From the IMG/VR virus record IMGVR_UViG_3300023296_001674: a stretch of 64,000 nt of DNA; one strand, 5' to 3'. The stretch comes from a virus. The notes beneath the pieces are model-generated. The model was not told the origin of the DNA, made no database searches, and saw only the letters and a program-made list of their open reading frames with translations. Positions within the stretch are counted from its first letter, which is position 1; each line of letters begins with the position of its first letter. Position numbers and translations under genes: made by a program. Shown here piece by piece: positions 10,064 to 18,992 of this stretch.

Positions 10064-10306
10064 ATGGGATTCCCAATAGTAGCAGCGTTTGGACTTGGAA
10101 TGGTAGGCGCAGTAGGCGCAAAAGTTGGAACACAGCATGTTTATCCATGGTTGGTTGAAAATGCTAGCAAAGGCAAAGAAACATTGAATGATTGGTTAGA
10201 TTATACACTCGCCAAGGTGGAAACAAAGTTTGATTTCGAACATGCTGAGTTAAAAGGCGACATTGAAGAAAAAAATATCGAAAGAAATATGAACATCATC
10301 AAATAA
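10064..10306 (+). CDS. small membrane protein
   Basis: N-terminal hydrophobic Gly-rich helix MGFPIVAAFGLGMVGAVGAKVG; 80 aa. Confidence 0.4.
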   Translation: MGFPIVAAFGLGMVGAVGAKVGTQHVYPWLVENASKGKETLNDWLDYTLAKVETKFDFEHAELKGDIEEKNIERNMNIIK

Positions 10307-10451
10307 ATGTTGACTAAATGTTGACTATATGCAATATTGTGATAATATAAGTAAATATTACAAACATTGGAGTAAAGCGCATGTCTATAAAAAATTTAAA
10401 AGAAGGTAAATGTGAATTCCGTTAGGTAACTTAACTTAATGGAGAAAACAC

Positions 10452-11042
10452 ATGAGCAACACAAAAACTACCGACAAGATCATTCTTATACATGAGGATG
10501 GCAATCGTTGGGTATTTAATGACATATATGATGCTGCAATCAAATTGATTGATTGGAAATTAATTTATCATTGGGGGTCTGATTCTCACATTGGTGATCA
10601 TTTTGGATTGATTTATGATACCGGCATCAATTGTTTTGGCAAACCAATAGGTCGTGTATCGTATATTTTACGCTCGGAATTTGGCGACGTTATCACCAAA
10701 GACGACATATCCGAAGCATTCGCAAAAATACGAACAGATTCACGAAATGCTAGAATTGATAAAGAAATAGCACGCGCACAACGAAATTTCCGTTGTGCTC
10801 CAGAACCAAGTACTGGTTACAGACGATATGGAAATTGTTATCGTCATATTAGCACATATTCTGAACATCGCGATAATGATGCACTCAATTACGATGATGA
10901 TGCAATAGAATACAATATTAAATCTCGTTCAAAACGCACTAAGTCATATCTTCCTAATTATTGGGATGATCGCATTCGTTCTGATTATGACGTTAAAAAT
11001 TGGAAACGACAGCGCAAAACACAGTGGAAGCAAAAGGACTAA
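10452..11042 (+). CDS. hypothetical protein
   Basis: 196 aa with GGAGAAAACAC ATG context; no motif. Confidence 0.45.
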   Translation: MSNTKTTDKIILIHEDGNRWVFNDIYDAAIKLIDWKLIYHWGSDSHIGDHFGLIYDTGINCFGKPIGRVSYILRSEFGDVITKDDISEAFAKIRTDSRNARIDKEIARAQRNFRCAPEPSTGYRRYGNCYRHISTYSEHRDNDALNYDDDAIEYNIKSRSKRTKSYLPNYWDDRIRSDYDVKNWKRQRKTQWKQKD

Positions 11043-11050
11043 ATATATTC

Positions 11051-11320
11051 ATGAGAGCACATGAAATACTTATTGAAGCAAATCTTGAAACTTTAAAAAA
11101 GAATAAAGTTGTATTGAGCGACGAAGAGCGTACCAAAGTTATGGATGCTGGCGCAATTTGGCATCATGGGCCTAATGGCGCACCTTCACCAGCTATATGG
11201 AAAGGTAAAGATAGTAAAGGTAAAATGTGGTATGCATGTAATACACATAGGGCTTGCGCAATAGAAGATTCATTAAGTAAAGCAATTAAAGAATATCCAT
11301 CAATAGAGGCATCAGCATAA
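11051..11320 (+). CDS. hypothetical protein, MRAHEI N-terminal family (paralog 2)
   Basis: ATG at 11051 starts MRAHEILIEAN; the 17 nt ATGAGAGCACATGAAAT are identical to the ORF at 59975; the track start at 11000 overlaps the upstream gene and is rejected. Confidence 0.45.
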   Translation: MRAHEILIEANLETLKKNKVVLSDEERTKVMDAGAIWHHGPNGAPSPAIWKGKDSKGKMWYACNTHRACAIEDSLSKAIKEYPSIEASA

Positions 11321-11321
11321 T

Positions 11322-11798
11322 ATGAGTTTTGTAAAAACCATAGAACTTCCACCCAATGCATTGATAATAAACCCAGAAGATAGAAATTCTAATGGTCGTT
11401 ATGAAATTGCATCAGGTTTTATTAATATATTTCAATTTGAAATAGTAGCAGATGGTCAATTTCGTGTTCCAGTTAGGCATTTGAACACCAATGAACGATC
11501 ACATGAATCGTTTTCGTTGCGTGCGTGGATTAGCGTTGATCCAAACGGAATAGAATTATTTTATAGATTTCATCCAACCTCTGGTGGTTTATCGCATTTA
11601 ATATACGATGAATCGATAGACCCACCACCAGAACCAACAAAACATTCACCGATGCGAAATGAACATTCACCTATAACATTTACACCACAAGACAGCCTTG
11701 TTCCATTAGCCCCAGGTGTATATTATTATAATATATTAAATATGATATTAAAACCAAATGCTTATGAAATATCGTTTGACGTGCCATTCGTATTTTAA
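11322..11798 (+). CDS. hypothetical protein
   Basis: 158 aa; ATG overlaps the upstream stop (TAATATG). Confidence 0.45.
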   Translation: MSFVKTIELPPNALIINPEDRNSNGRYEIASGFINIFQFEIVADGQFRVPVRHLNTNERSHESFSLRAWISVDPNGIELFYRFHPTSGGLSHLIYDESIDPPPEPTKHSPMRNEHSPITFTPQDSLVPLAPGVYYYNILNMILKPNAYEISFDVPFVF

Positions 11799-11881
11799 TT
11801 TACCCCCGCCGATGATTCGGACATGACTTTCCTAAAGTTATTGAAACGGTTTGATTCCGTTCGAGGGTACCACAATCAAAC

Positions 11882-11911
11882 GCCATCTTTTTTCGGAAGG
11901 GTGGCTTTTTT
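11882..11911 (+). terminator. intrinsic terminator
   Basis: GCCATC-12 nt loop-GGTGGC followed by TTTTTT. Confidence 0.45.
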
Positions 11912-11912
11912 A

Positions 11913-11941
11913 TTGACTTTTTTCATACATGTTTGTATACT
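11913..11941 (+). promoter_or_regulatory. sigma70-type promoter
   Basis: TTGACT-17 nt-TATACT directly upstream of the ORF at 11948. Confidence 0.5.
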
Positions 11942-11947
11942 TTGTAA

Positions 11948-12211
11948 ATGATAAAACTACCAAAAAATAAAATAGATTGGATTGATGAAATTGGTTCTTG
12001 GACCGGAATAATAAGTGTGCTAATGCTTTCTAGTAATATAGGAATGAATGGATTAGCGTTTACTATATTCACAGTGACGTCTATATGTTTTGTATATGTC
12101 GCACATGAAAAAAAACTGAATGGCATGAGGCGAATGAATGTTGTCATGTTTTTTATTAATATATGGGGTATATGGAGATGGGCAATTCAACCTTGGATGA
12201 TTGGTGTTTAA
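11948..12211 (+). CDS. small integral membrane protein
   Basis: two predicted hydrophobic helices; 87 aa. Confidence 0.4.
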   Translation: MIKLPKNKIDWIDEIGSWTGIISVLMLSSNIGMNGLAFTIFTVTSICFVYVAHEKKLNGMRRMNVVMFFINIWGIWRWAIQPWMIGV

Positions 12212-12445
12212 ATGAGTTTGTTTGAATACAAAAAAATTGTAAATAAAAAAACGACACTTGAATACGTCGTTAATATGGAAGATGTGCCATATGATGAATT
12301 TCATCGATTAAAAAAATGGATTCAAGGTAATATTCCATCATCTGATCGATATACACCAGATTGGAATGATCATACGGAAAAAATGGAATTTAGATTTAGG
12401 TATGAAGAACACGCAATGGCGTTTAAATTAATAATACAATATTGA
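12212..12445 (+). CDS. hypothetical protein
   Basis: 77 aa; ATG overlaps the upstream stop. Confidence 0.4.
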   Translation: MSLFEYKKIVNKKTTLEYVVNMEDVPYDEFHRLKKWIQGNIPSSDRYTPDWNDHTEKMEFRFRYEEHAMAFKLIIQY

Positions 12446-12501
12446 CTTTTTAATGATTGATATTGTATAATGAAAGAAATTATAAACAAGGAGAGATTAC
12501 T

Positions 12502-12768
12502 ATGAAGTGGAATTTAACAAAAGATAGAAGAAGTGTTGAACGTGATACAGAAGAAGCATCTAATGATCCAGTATGGATTGAAGTGGATTCTAGTTTTGTA
12601 GAAGCAATTGCTTATAACGATGATGGTTTGTATGTGACGTTGTCGCATGGATCATACCTTTATAACGGTGTTCCTGAACAAGTATTCGAAGATTTCAAGA
12701 ATGCATCTTCAAAAGGTCAATTTTTTAATTTAAATGTTAAAGATATATACACATTTAGCAACCGTTAA
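12502..12768 (+). CDS. KTSC-domain protein
   Basis: AIAYNDDGLYVTLSHGSYLYNGVPEQVFEDFKNASSKGQFFN matches the KTSC (Lys-tRNA-synthetase C-terminal-like) consensus; ATG at 12502 after AAGGAGAG. Confidence 0.55.
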   Translation: MKWNLTKDRRSVERDTEEASNDPVWIEVDSSFVEAIAYNDDGLYVTLSHGSYLYNGVPEQVFEDFKNASSKGQFFNLNVKDIYTFSNR

Positions 12769-12816
12769 GGTATTATAAACTAAATATTAACAGTGGTTAT
12801 AATACAAGGAATGAAC

Positions 12817-13359
12817 ATGAAATTTTTTCAATGGCTAGATAATAAAGAAGCTGAAAAAATGCCGGAACGAGATATTGATGACATAAAACCGATATCAAGT
12901 AAAAAATCAGAGTTAGATAAAAAGATTTTTGAAGTAGAAAATGGGGTAATTGATATTACTGCATTGGATAATGATGAAATCATAGAAAAGAAATTTGTTC
13001 ATGCTGCGACAGGTAAAAAATATAAAACTGAACGTGCGCTAAAAGCTGGAATAACACGATATAATAAGAAACAGAATGTTTCACCTAGCTCGATAAATCT
13101 TGCAGGTAGAAACACACCAGAAGCACGAGATAAAGCAAAAAAAATTATTAAAAAAATGAATGCTGCTGAGAATCTTACATTGATAAAAACGGGTTTAAAA
13201 TACGATAAACCCGACGATAGTGTAAATCAAGTTAAAACAGATAAAGAATTAAAAATATTTGTCGATGCAGAAACAGGCAAAACGTATAAAACAGCACCTG
13301 CTTTAAAAGCAGGTATAACTAGACGATTAAAAAAACAAAAACAAGGCGATAAAATATGA
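12817..13359 (+). CDS. hypothetical protein with internal duplicated basic motif
   Basis: two copies of K(K/T)YKT..ALKAGITR..KKQ; start taken at the ATG with AAGGA SD. Confidence 0.4.
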   Translation: MKFFQWLDNKEAEKMPERDIDDIKPISSKKSELDKKIFEVENGVIDITALDNDEIIEKKFVHAATGKKYKTERALKAGITRYNKKQNVSPSSINLAGRNTPEARDKAKKIIKKMNAAENLTLIKTGLKYDKPDDSVNQVKTDKELKIFVDAETGKTYKTAPALKAGITRRLKKQKQGDKI

Positions 13360-13598
13360 GTAATAGACACGGAAAATGTGAAATCGGTAAAGGATTATCA
13401 GTAGCTGTACGCGGCGATGAAATCGAAAAAGCGATGAAAAAATTCAAAAAAATGATTATCAATGAGGGATTTTTAAAAGAACTAAAAGCCCGTCAAGAAT
13501 ATGAAAAACCAAGTGATAAAAGACGTCTTGCTAAAAAAGAAGCAGTGCGTAGACAGCAAAAAGCGATAGCGTTACGTATTAAACACGACGGTTATTGA
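13356..13598 (+). CDS. rpsU: ribosomal protein bS21
   Basis: 80 aa; VAVRGDEIEKAMKKFKK...EYEKPSDKRRLAKKEAVRRQQK aligns with E. coli S21 (RRFKRSCEK...[23 protein letters not shown]). Confidence 0.8.
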   Translation: MSNRHGKCEIGKGLSVAVRGDEIEKAMKKFKKMIINEGFLKELKARQEYEKPSDKRRLAKKEAVRRQQKAIALRIKHDGY

Positions 13599-13603
13599 AC
13601 ATA

Positions 13604-14128
13604 ATGCGAGTAGGTAGAGAGTTAGACGCGACTATCGCATTAACTATCATGGGGCTGAAGGCAGTGGAGCCTGAGCATATACCAAAATATTCTTCTGATA
13701 TATTTGCCGCACATAAAATAATATCTAAATTACAAACCATTGGATGGTTTTGCAATGTTGGTTCACGTATAGGCAATGATGGATCGTTGTTTTACAGAGC
13801 TAGATTCTTCCAAAATGGACGTGAATGTGAACGATTTGCAGATACGATTCCTATGGCATTATGTACCGCATCGCTTGCAGTAATAAAAGATGAATATTTT
13901 GAATATGTAGATATATTAAAAGACAACGACGATGATTCCCCCATTGATATAATACCAAGTGCGACCACTGGATTTTCAAAAATAGACGCCGATGATGATA
14001 TATCTGATATTGTCCAACAAGTGATGTTAAAACATAGCGATGTGCATCCCAATTGGAATGTTATAACAAAATCATTAATAGATGATTTACGAGAAAAAAA
14101 TTATATAATAATAAAAAAACCATCATAG
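13604..14128 (+). CDS. hypothetical protein
   Basis: ATG at 13604 (track TTG start at 13595 overlaps the rpsU stop); acidic C-terminus. Confidence 0.4.
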   Translation: MRVGRELDATIALTIMGLKAVEPEHIPKYSSDIFAAHKIISKLQTIGWFCNVGSRIGNDGSLFYRARFFQNGRECERFADTIPMALCTASLAVIKDEYFEYVDILKDNDDDSPIDIIPSATTGFSKIDADDDISDIVQQVMLKHSDVHPNWNVITKSLIDDLREKNYIIIKKPS

Positions 14129-14184
14129 TCTATTGACCTTTTAGATATATATGGTATTATTACATATATTTAAAGGAGTTGAAA

Positions 14185-15204
14185 ATGTTATTAGAACGTG
14201 ATAAATTTAGAGAAGGTGTGTTTGAACGCGATAGTCATAAGTGCGTCATGTGTGATGCACCTGCTCAAGATGCTCATCACATCATTGAACGTAGGCTCTT
14301 TACGGATGGTGGCTATTACTTAGATAATGGGTCTAGCCTGTGTGGTGAACATCATTTAGCAGCCGAATATACAACGCTTTCGCCACAAGAAATTCGTGAA
14401 AAAATAGGCATCACTAAAGTCGTATTACCAGAGCATTTATACCGCGATCAAGAGTATGACAAATGGGGCAACCCTATGTTACCTAACGGCACACGCCTTA
14501 AGGGTGATTTGTTTGATGATTTGTCGGTTCAGAAAGCATTAAAGGCTGGTGGCGTTTTGGGAAGTTTTACGCACTTAGTGAAATATCCAAGAACATATCA
14601 TGTAATGTGGAGTCCCGGTTTAAGTAATGATGACCGTGCGCATAACTCATTGGATCAGTTTGAAGGAAAAAATGTTGTCGTCCATTTGAAGATGGACGGT
14701 GAAAACGCAAGTTTTTATAATGATCATTATCACGCACGTTCGTTAGATACTGTTAATCATCCATCTCGCAAATGGGCTAAAATGCTTCATGCGCGTATTA
14801 TGGGTGATATACCAGAAAGCTGGCGTGTGTGTGCTGAGAATTTGTATGCTGAACATTCGATTCATTATGACGATCTTGAAGCCTTCGTTCTTGCTTTTTC
14901 TATATGGAATGAAAAAAATGAATGCCTTGGTTGGGATGAAACCCAAGATTGGTTTGAGTTGTTAGAAGTTCCACAAGTTCCAGTTTTGTATGAAGGATTA
15001 TTTTCAGAAGAAAAGTTGCATGAAATTGAATCAACGCTTGATTTTGAAATTGATGAAGGATATGTGATGAGAACGCGAGATAGTTTCCATTATAATGACT
15101 TTCGGCAAAATGTCGCTAAATATGTTCGTAAAGGGCATGTTCAACATTCAACCGAAGGACACTGGATCAATCGACCAATTACGCCTAATGAACTGAGAAA
15201 ATAA
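14185..15204 (+). CDS. HNH-motif / ATP-dependent nucleic-acid (RNA) ligase fusion protein
   Basis: N-terminal CVMCDAPAQDAHHIIER...NGSSLCGEHH (HNH zinc finger); central VHLKMDGENAS (nucleotidyltransferase motif I KxDG), IDEGYVMRTR (motif IV) and AKYVRKG (motif V) as in Rnl-family ligases. Confidence 0.5.
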   Translation: MLLERDKFREGVFERDSHKCVMCDAPAQDAHHIIERRLFTDGGYYLDNGSSLCGEHHLAAEYTTLSPQEIREKIGITKVVLPEHLYRDQEYDKWGNPMLPNGTRLKGDLFDDLSVQKALKAGGVLGSFTHLVKYPRTYHVMWSPGLSNDDRAHNSLDQFEGKNVVVHLKMDGENASFYNDHYHARSLDTVNHPSRKWAKMLHARIMGDIPESWRVCAENLYAEHSIHYDDLEAFVLAFSIWNEKNECLGWDETQDWFELLEVPQVPVLYEGLFSEEKLHEIESTLDFEIDEGYVMRTRDSFHYNDFRQNVAKYVRKGHVQHSTEGHWINRPITPNELRK

Positions 15205-15214
15205 GGAGACTATA

Positions 15215-15523
15215 ATGGGACTTAGAATATGTTTCGAGCCACACGAAAAAATGGAAATCAACGATGCTGGCGTATTTAGATATTACGCAGAGAACTATTT
15301 GTCTGATTTTGATGTAGAATTTGGCGGTTGTTATGCAATGGATGCTGGAAAGAAGAAACTCCAACGTTTGGAGCCAGTGTGGCAATTTTTAACAACTTGG
15401 CAAATTTATGGCGATTCCGACCTAGTTAGTTTGTTGGGTTATTTTGACGAGAATCCATTGAATGGTTATTATATTCATGTATTCGAATCAGTGTATAATG
15501 GAAATGAAGTAAAAATTTACTAA
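15215..15523 (+). CDS. hypothetical protein
   Basis: AAGGAGAC SD; 102 aa. Confidence 0.4.
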   Translation: MGLRICFEPHEKMEINDAGVFRYYAENYLSDFDVEFGGCYAMDAGKKKLQRLEPVWQFLTTWQIYGDSDLVSLLGYFDENPLNGYYIHVFESVYNGNEVKIY

Positions 15524-15666
15524 AATCAATAAAACCATGTTTTTCTCTTAAAGTATTAAATACTATTATAATTATATTGCAGTAATGGATATAGTTATAG
15601 TAATATAGTGATCGCAGCATTTGTTGGATCACGGAATAAGTTCAACTTGCTTTAAAGGAGAAGAAC

Positions 15667-16713
15667 ATGGCAAATACCTATTCAAAGGCGGAGATGACTC
15701 CTGCCCTAATAAAACTAAACTTACAATATTTTTTCGATAAACCAGCGCGTGAATACAAAGCGGAAATGGATGAAGTATTAGCAAATCACAATCCCGATAC
15801 ACACAATCAAAGTTCGCGTGCCGAAGTAGGGCATATGCGAAAATGGGCATCTATCACAGGGTTATGGCATAAAAATATGAAAGCTATGCCGTTGACTGAA
15901 TCCCCGTTCCAAAATATAACTGAAAAACTCGCTGAGTTAGCAACGGATGAAAATACATCATTGATTCTTGATATATTTGATGATTTTACCGCATTGCTAA
16001 CAGATGATGTTGATCGTTCAAAAGATGAGCTATTATTGTTTAAAACTGAGTTGTATGAAACTACAGCCCAAGAAGAATTTGATAAAAAACAACAAAAAAT
16101 AGATGATGTAAATAAAGTGCACGATGAAGCAGTGAAAGATATGTTAGCCGCATTGATTGTTGATTTAAAAGAGCGTGATGTTAATAATAAAGCAAACGAA
16201 TCTACGGAAGACTTGCAGCCACAGATTAATGCCCTCATTAAAGTTATGGAAGACATCGACGTTGTTGTTCTAGATGTACGTGATGAAACACCTACGCTTA
16301 ATACACCAACTGAGGTATTTGATCGTATGATGAAAATGTCGAGGATTAAAAATACTGAACTTGCTGATACAAGAGCAAAAGAAATCGCCGATGCGTTAGA
16401 AGAAGCAGAAAAGTTGCTCTCCGAACTCAGCAAAGAACAAAATCAAGAACGATCTGAAAAACTGATAGAGAACAAAGACGCGATAGATAGTTTTAATGAT
16501 TGTTGGGACTCGTATGTATTGAAATATACCACCGCGAGTGAAAAACCAACAGCAACGTTATTTGAAATGTTTTTAATTGACGTCGGTGATATGACCCGAA
16601 ATCAAGTTAAAATGATGAAAGTTCATGCTGATATCTATGACGATAACGGCATTGAAAACTATATAGAATTTCAAGCAGAAATCGATAGAGTTAAAGAAAA
16701 ATATCCAGAATAA
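15667..16713 (+). CDS. hypothetical acidic coiled-coil protein
   Basis: 348 aa, Asp/Glu/Lys-rich with predicted helical heptads; AAAGGAGAAG SD. Confidence 0.45.
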   Translation: MANTYSKAEMTPALIKLNLQYFFDKPAREYKAEMDEVLANHNPDTHNQSSRAEVGHMRKWASITGLWHKNMKAMPLTESPFQNITEKLAELATDENTSLILDIFDDFTALLTDDVDRSKDELLLFKTELYETTAQEEFDKKQQKIDDVNKVHDEAVKDMLAALIVDLKERDVNNKANESTEDLQPQINALIKVMEDIDVVVLDVRDETPTLNTPTEVFDRMMKMSRIKNTELADTRAKEIADALEEAEKLLSELSKEQNQERSEKLIENKDAIDSFNDCWDSYVLKYTTASEKPTATLFEMFLIDVGDMTRNQVKMMKVHADIYDDNGIENYIEFQAEIDRVKEKYPE

Positions 16714-16724
16714 CAAAATATGAC

Positions 16725-16753
16725 TTGACATGATTCATCCCTGATATTATAAT
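16725..16753 (+). promoter_or_regulatory. consensus sigma70 promoter embedded in a 13-bp inverted repeat
   Basis: TTGACA-17 nt-TATAAT; CATGATTCATCCC (16729-16741) is the reverse complement of GGGATGAATCATG at the start codon (16770-16782). Confidence 0.55.
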
Positions 16754-16779
16754 AGATTTTTTAATATTGGGGATGAATC

Positions 16780-17754
16780 ATGTCCGAAAGAACAAAAATG
16801 GATTATTCTATATCGTTTAAAATATTAGTATCTTTTATGTTATTGCTTTGGTCGACGTTGATGTATGTATCATATGTAAATCAACCAGAGCCAAAAGTAG
16901 TATACAAAACACCAGTTAAAACACACGCGGTTGTAGAAATTGAAATCGCAGATATTAAACCACTCAATGTTATATCATCAATCAAATCCGAAGATGTAGT
17001 GAATAAATTCAATTCTTTGAGATATGATTTAAATGATTATATTGTTCCTAGAGTCATTGTGGCAACATTGCCTACTGATTTGAACAAATTGAGTATTCCA
17101 GAAAAAAAAGAATTATTTGTAAAAATAGTGCTACCACTTATTTTACATGAAAATGAATCAATCAACCACGAACGCAATCTTGCGATTTTTAATATAAATC
17201 GAGATACCGAAGGTTCGCGATTGATTATGGCGTATTTGTATAAAAAATATCGTATATCTACAAATTCTGCCACGAACCCTATTATAAAGACTGATGAAGA
17301 ATTGCTGACTAAAATTATGCCTATACCTGTATCATTGGTATTGGCGCAAACAGCAATTGAATCTGGTTGGGGAACGTCGTATTTCGCAAGGCATGGAAAT
17401 GCACTATTTGGGCAACACGCCTATAAAGGTCAAAAATCATTGAAGCCAAGAAACATAGTAGCGCCTCGAGTAGCAGCGTTTAAAACGTTGGGAGTTTCTG
17501 TTAGTGCGTATATGAGAAATCTTAACACGCATTTGGCATACAGTGATTTTCGAAAAAAACGAATGAATTTGTCAAATTTTAAAGGGGTTATTTTAGCAGA
17601 ACATTTAGATTTATATTCGGAGCGTGGTGCTGCGTATATTAAAGATGTTAAACAAATGATAAAATATAACAAATTTGACAGATTTGAACGACATGTATTA
17701 GAGGATGATACATATCGTGCTAAAAAATCCCTTGACATGATATCCGTTCCATAG
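16780..17754 (+). CDS. membrane-anchored mannosyl-glycoprotein endo-beta-N-acetylglucosaminidase (GH73, Bax/FlgJ-like)
   Basis: N-terminal TM helix; LAQTAIESGWGTSYFARHGNALFGQHA matches the GH73 glucosaminidase catalytic region. Confidence 0.6.
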   Translation: MSERTKMDYSISFKILVSFMLLLWSTLMYVSYVNQPEPKVVYKTPVKTHAVVEIEIADIKPLNVISSIKSEDVVNKFNSLRYDLNDYIVPRVIVATLPTDLNKLSIPEKKELFVKIVLPLILHENESINHERNLAIFNINRDTEGSRLIMAYLYKKYRISTNSATNPIIKTDEELLTKIMPIPVSLVLAQTAIESGWGTSYFARHGNALFGQHAYKGQKSLKPRNIVAPRVAAFKTLGVSVSAYMRNLNTHLAYSDFRKKRMNLSNFKGVILAEHLDLYSERGAAYIKDVKQMIKYNKFDRFERHVLEDDTYRAKKSLDMISVP

Positions 17755-17808
17755 TATAACTAACAGCATGAATGAATTTATTTTATTAACAATGTAGGAG
17801 ACTGACCA

Positions 17809-18962
17809 ATGAATGACACTGTAACAGTAGAAGTAGCAACTGTTGAAGGCAAAGATATTAAAGCCGAAATGGATTTAAGCCTTTCCGAAAGTAAAGGAGC
17901 ACTTGCGGTTGCTTCTGAAAACACTTCCCCCGCAGATCAAAAGCGCGTTAAAGAATTGATATTGGTAGCACCGATTCAATTATCAACTTCGGCGTTGAAG
18001 CGCAGGGTGGTTTAAGTAAACAATCTGATGCGATGCTTAAAGGAGTTCGCAATAAAGATACTGGACCTGCTGGTGAAGTTATGAACGGTCTTATGGTTCA
18101 AATTCGTGGTTTGGGTCTTAGTGATCTCGATCCTGGTGAAAAACGAGGATTTTTCGGCAAAATGTTAGGTAAACTTACACCTGTTCAAAAATTCCTTCAA
18201 TCATATGAAAGCGTTGAAAGTCAAGTTGACGCCATGGTTGCGAAATTGACGCAAGAAAAAAACACACTACAGCGCGATGTTATTATGCTTGATGCAATGT
18301 ATAATGAAGCATTGGTATTTTTTGATGATTTGGCTTTTTATATTGAAGCCGGTGAATTGAAACTTGCTGATGTTAAAAACGTTGATATTCCAGCATTGGC
18401 GGATAAAGCACAGCAATCAGATAATATGCTTGACGCACAAGCACTTCGTGATATTAACGAACGCACACTCGATCTTGAACGTAAAATTCAAGACCTTATG
18501 CTTACACGCCAAGCAACAATGCAAATGCTTCCGCAATTACGCATGATTCAAGATGTTGATAAAGGTCTTGTAACAAAGATTCAATCTTCTATTCTTGTTA
18601 CCATTCCACTTTGGAAAGGCCAAATTGCTATGGCTATCACACTTTGGAGACAGGCTGGTGCAATCAAAACACAAAAAGCAGTTTCCGATGCCACCAATGA
18701 TATGTTGCTACAAAATTCTGCATTGTTGAAGCAGAACAGTGGTGACGCTCGATGCGAAATGGAACGTGGCGTTCTTGACATGGCAACATTGAAGCAGGTT
18801 AATGATGATCTTATCGCTACCATCGTGGAAGCCGGTCAGATTGCTGAAGAAGGCAAACGAGCGCGTATTGCTTCAAGGGTTGAAATGGATAAGTGTGAAA
18901 CTGAACTTAAAGCTGCTTTGAAAAATTCAGGTGCTAATGCCCTGAACGCAATCGCAGCCTAA
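17809..18962 (+). pseudogene. TelA-family toxic anion resistance protein, interrupted by a frameshift near 17958
   Basis: ORF 18033..18962 carries TelA signatures (IPLWKGQ, LLKQNSGDARCEMERGVLDMATLK); the N-terminal motif SIINFGVEAQGGLSKQSDAMLKGVRNKD lies in frame 0 upstream of 18033, while its leader (17809..18015) is in frame 1. Confidence 0.55.
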
Positions 18963-18992
18963 TTATTGAAAAATAGGAAAGGAGACTATATT

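Noticed and set aside
11840-11880. T-arm-like hairpin AACGG-TTTGATT-CCGTT suggesting another tRNA
   Set aside because: No acceptor, D or anticodon arms can be drawn around it; it sits between a gene end and a terminator and is better explained as part of the terminator/structured 3' UTR
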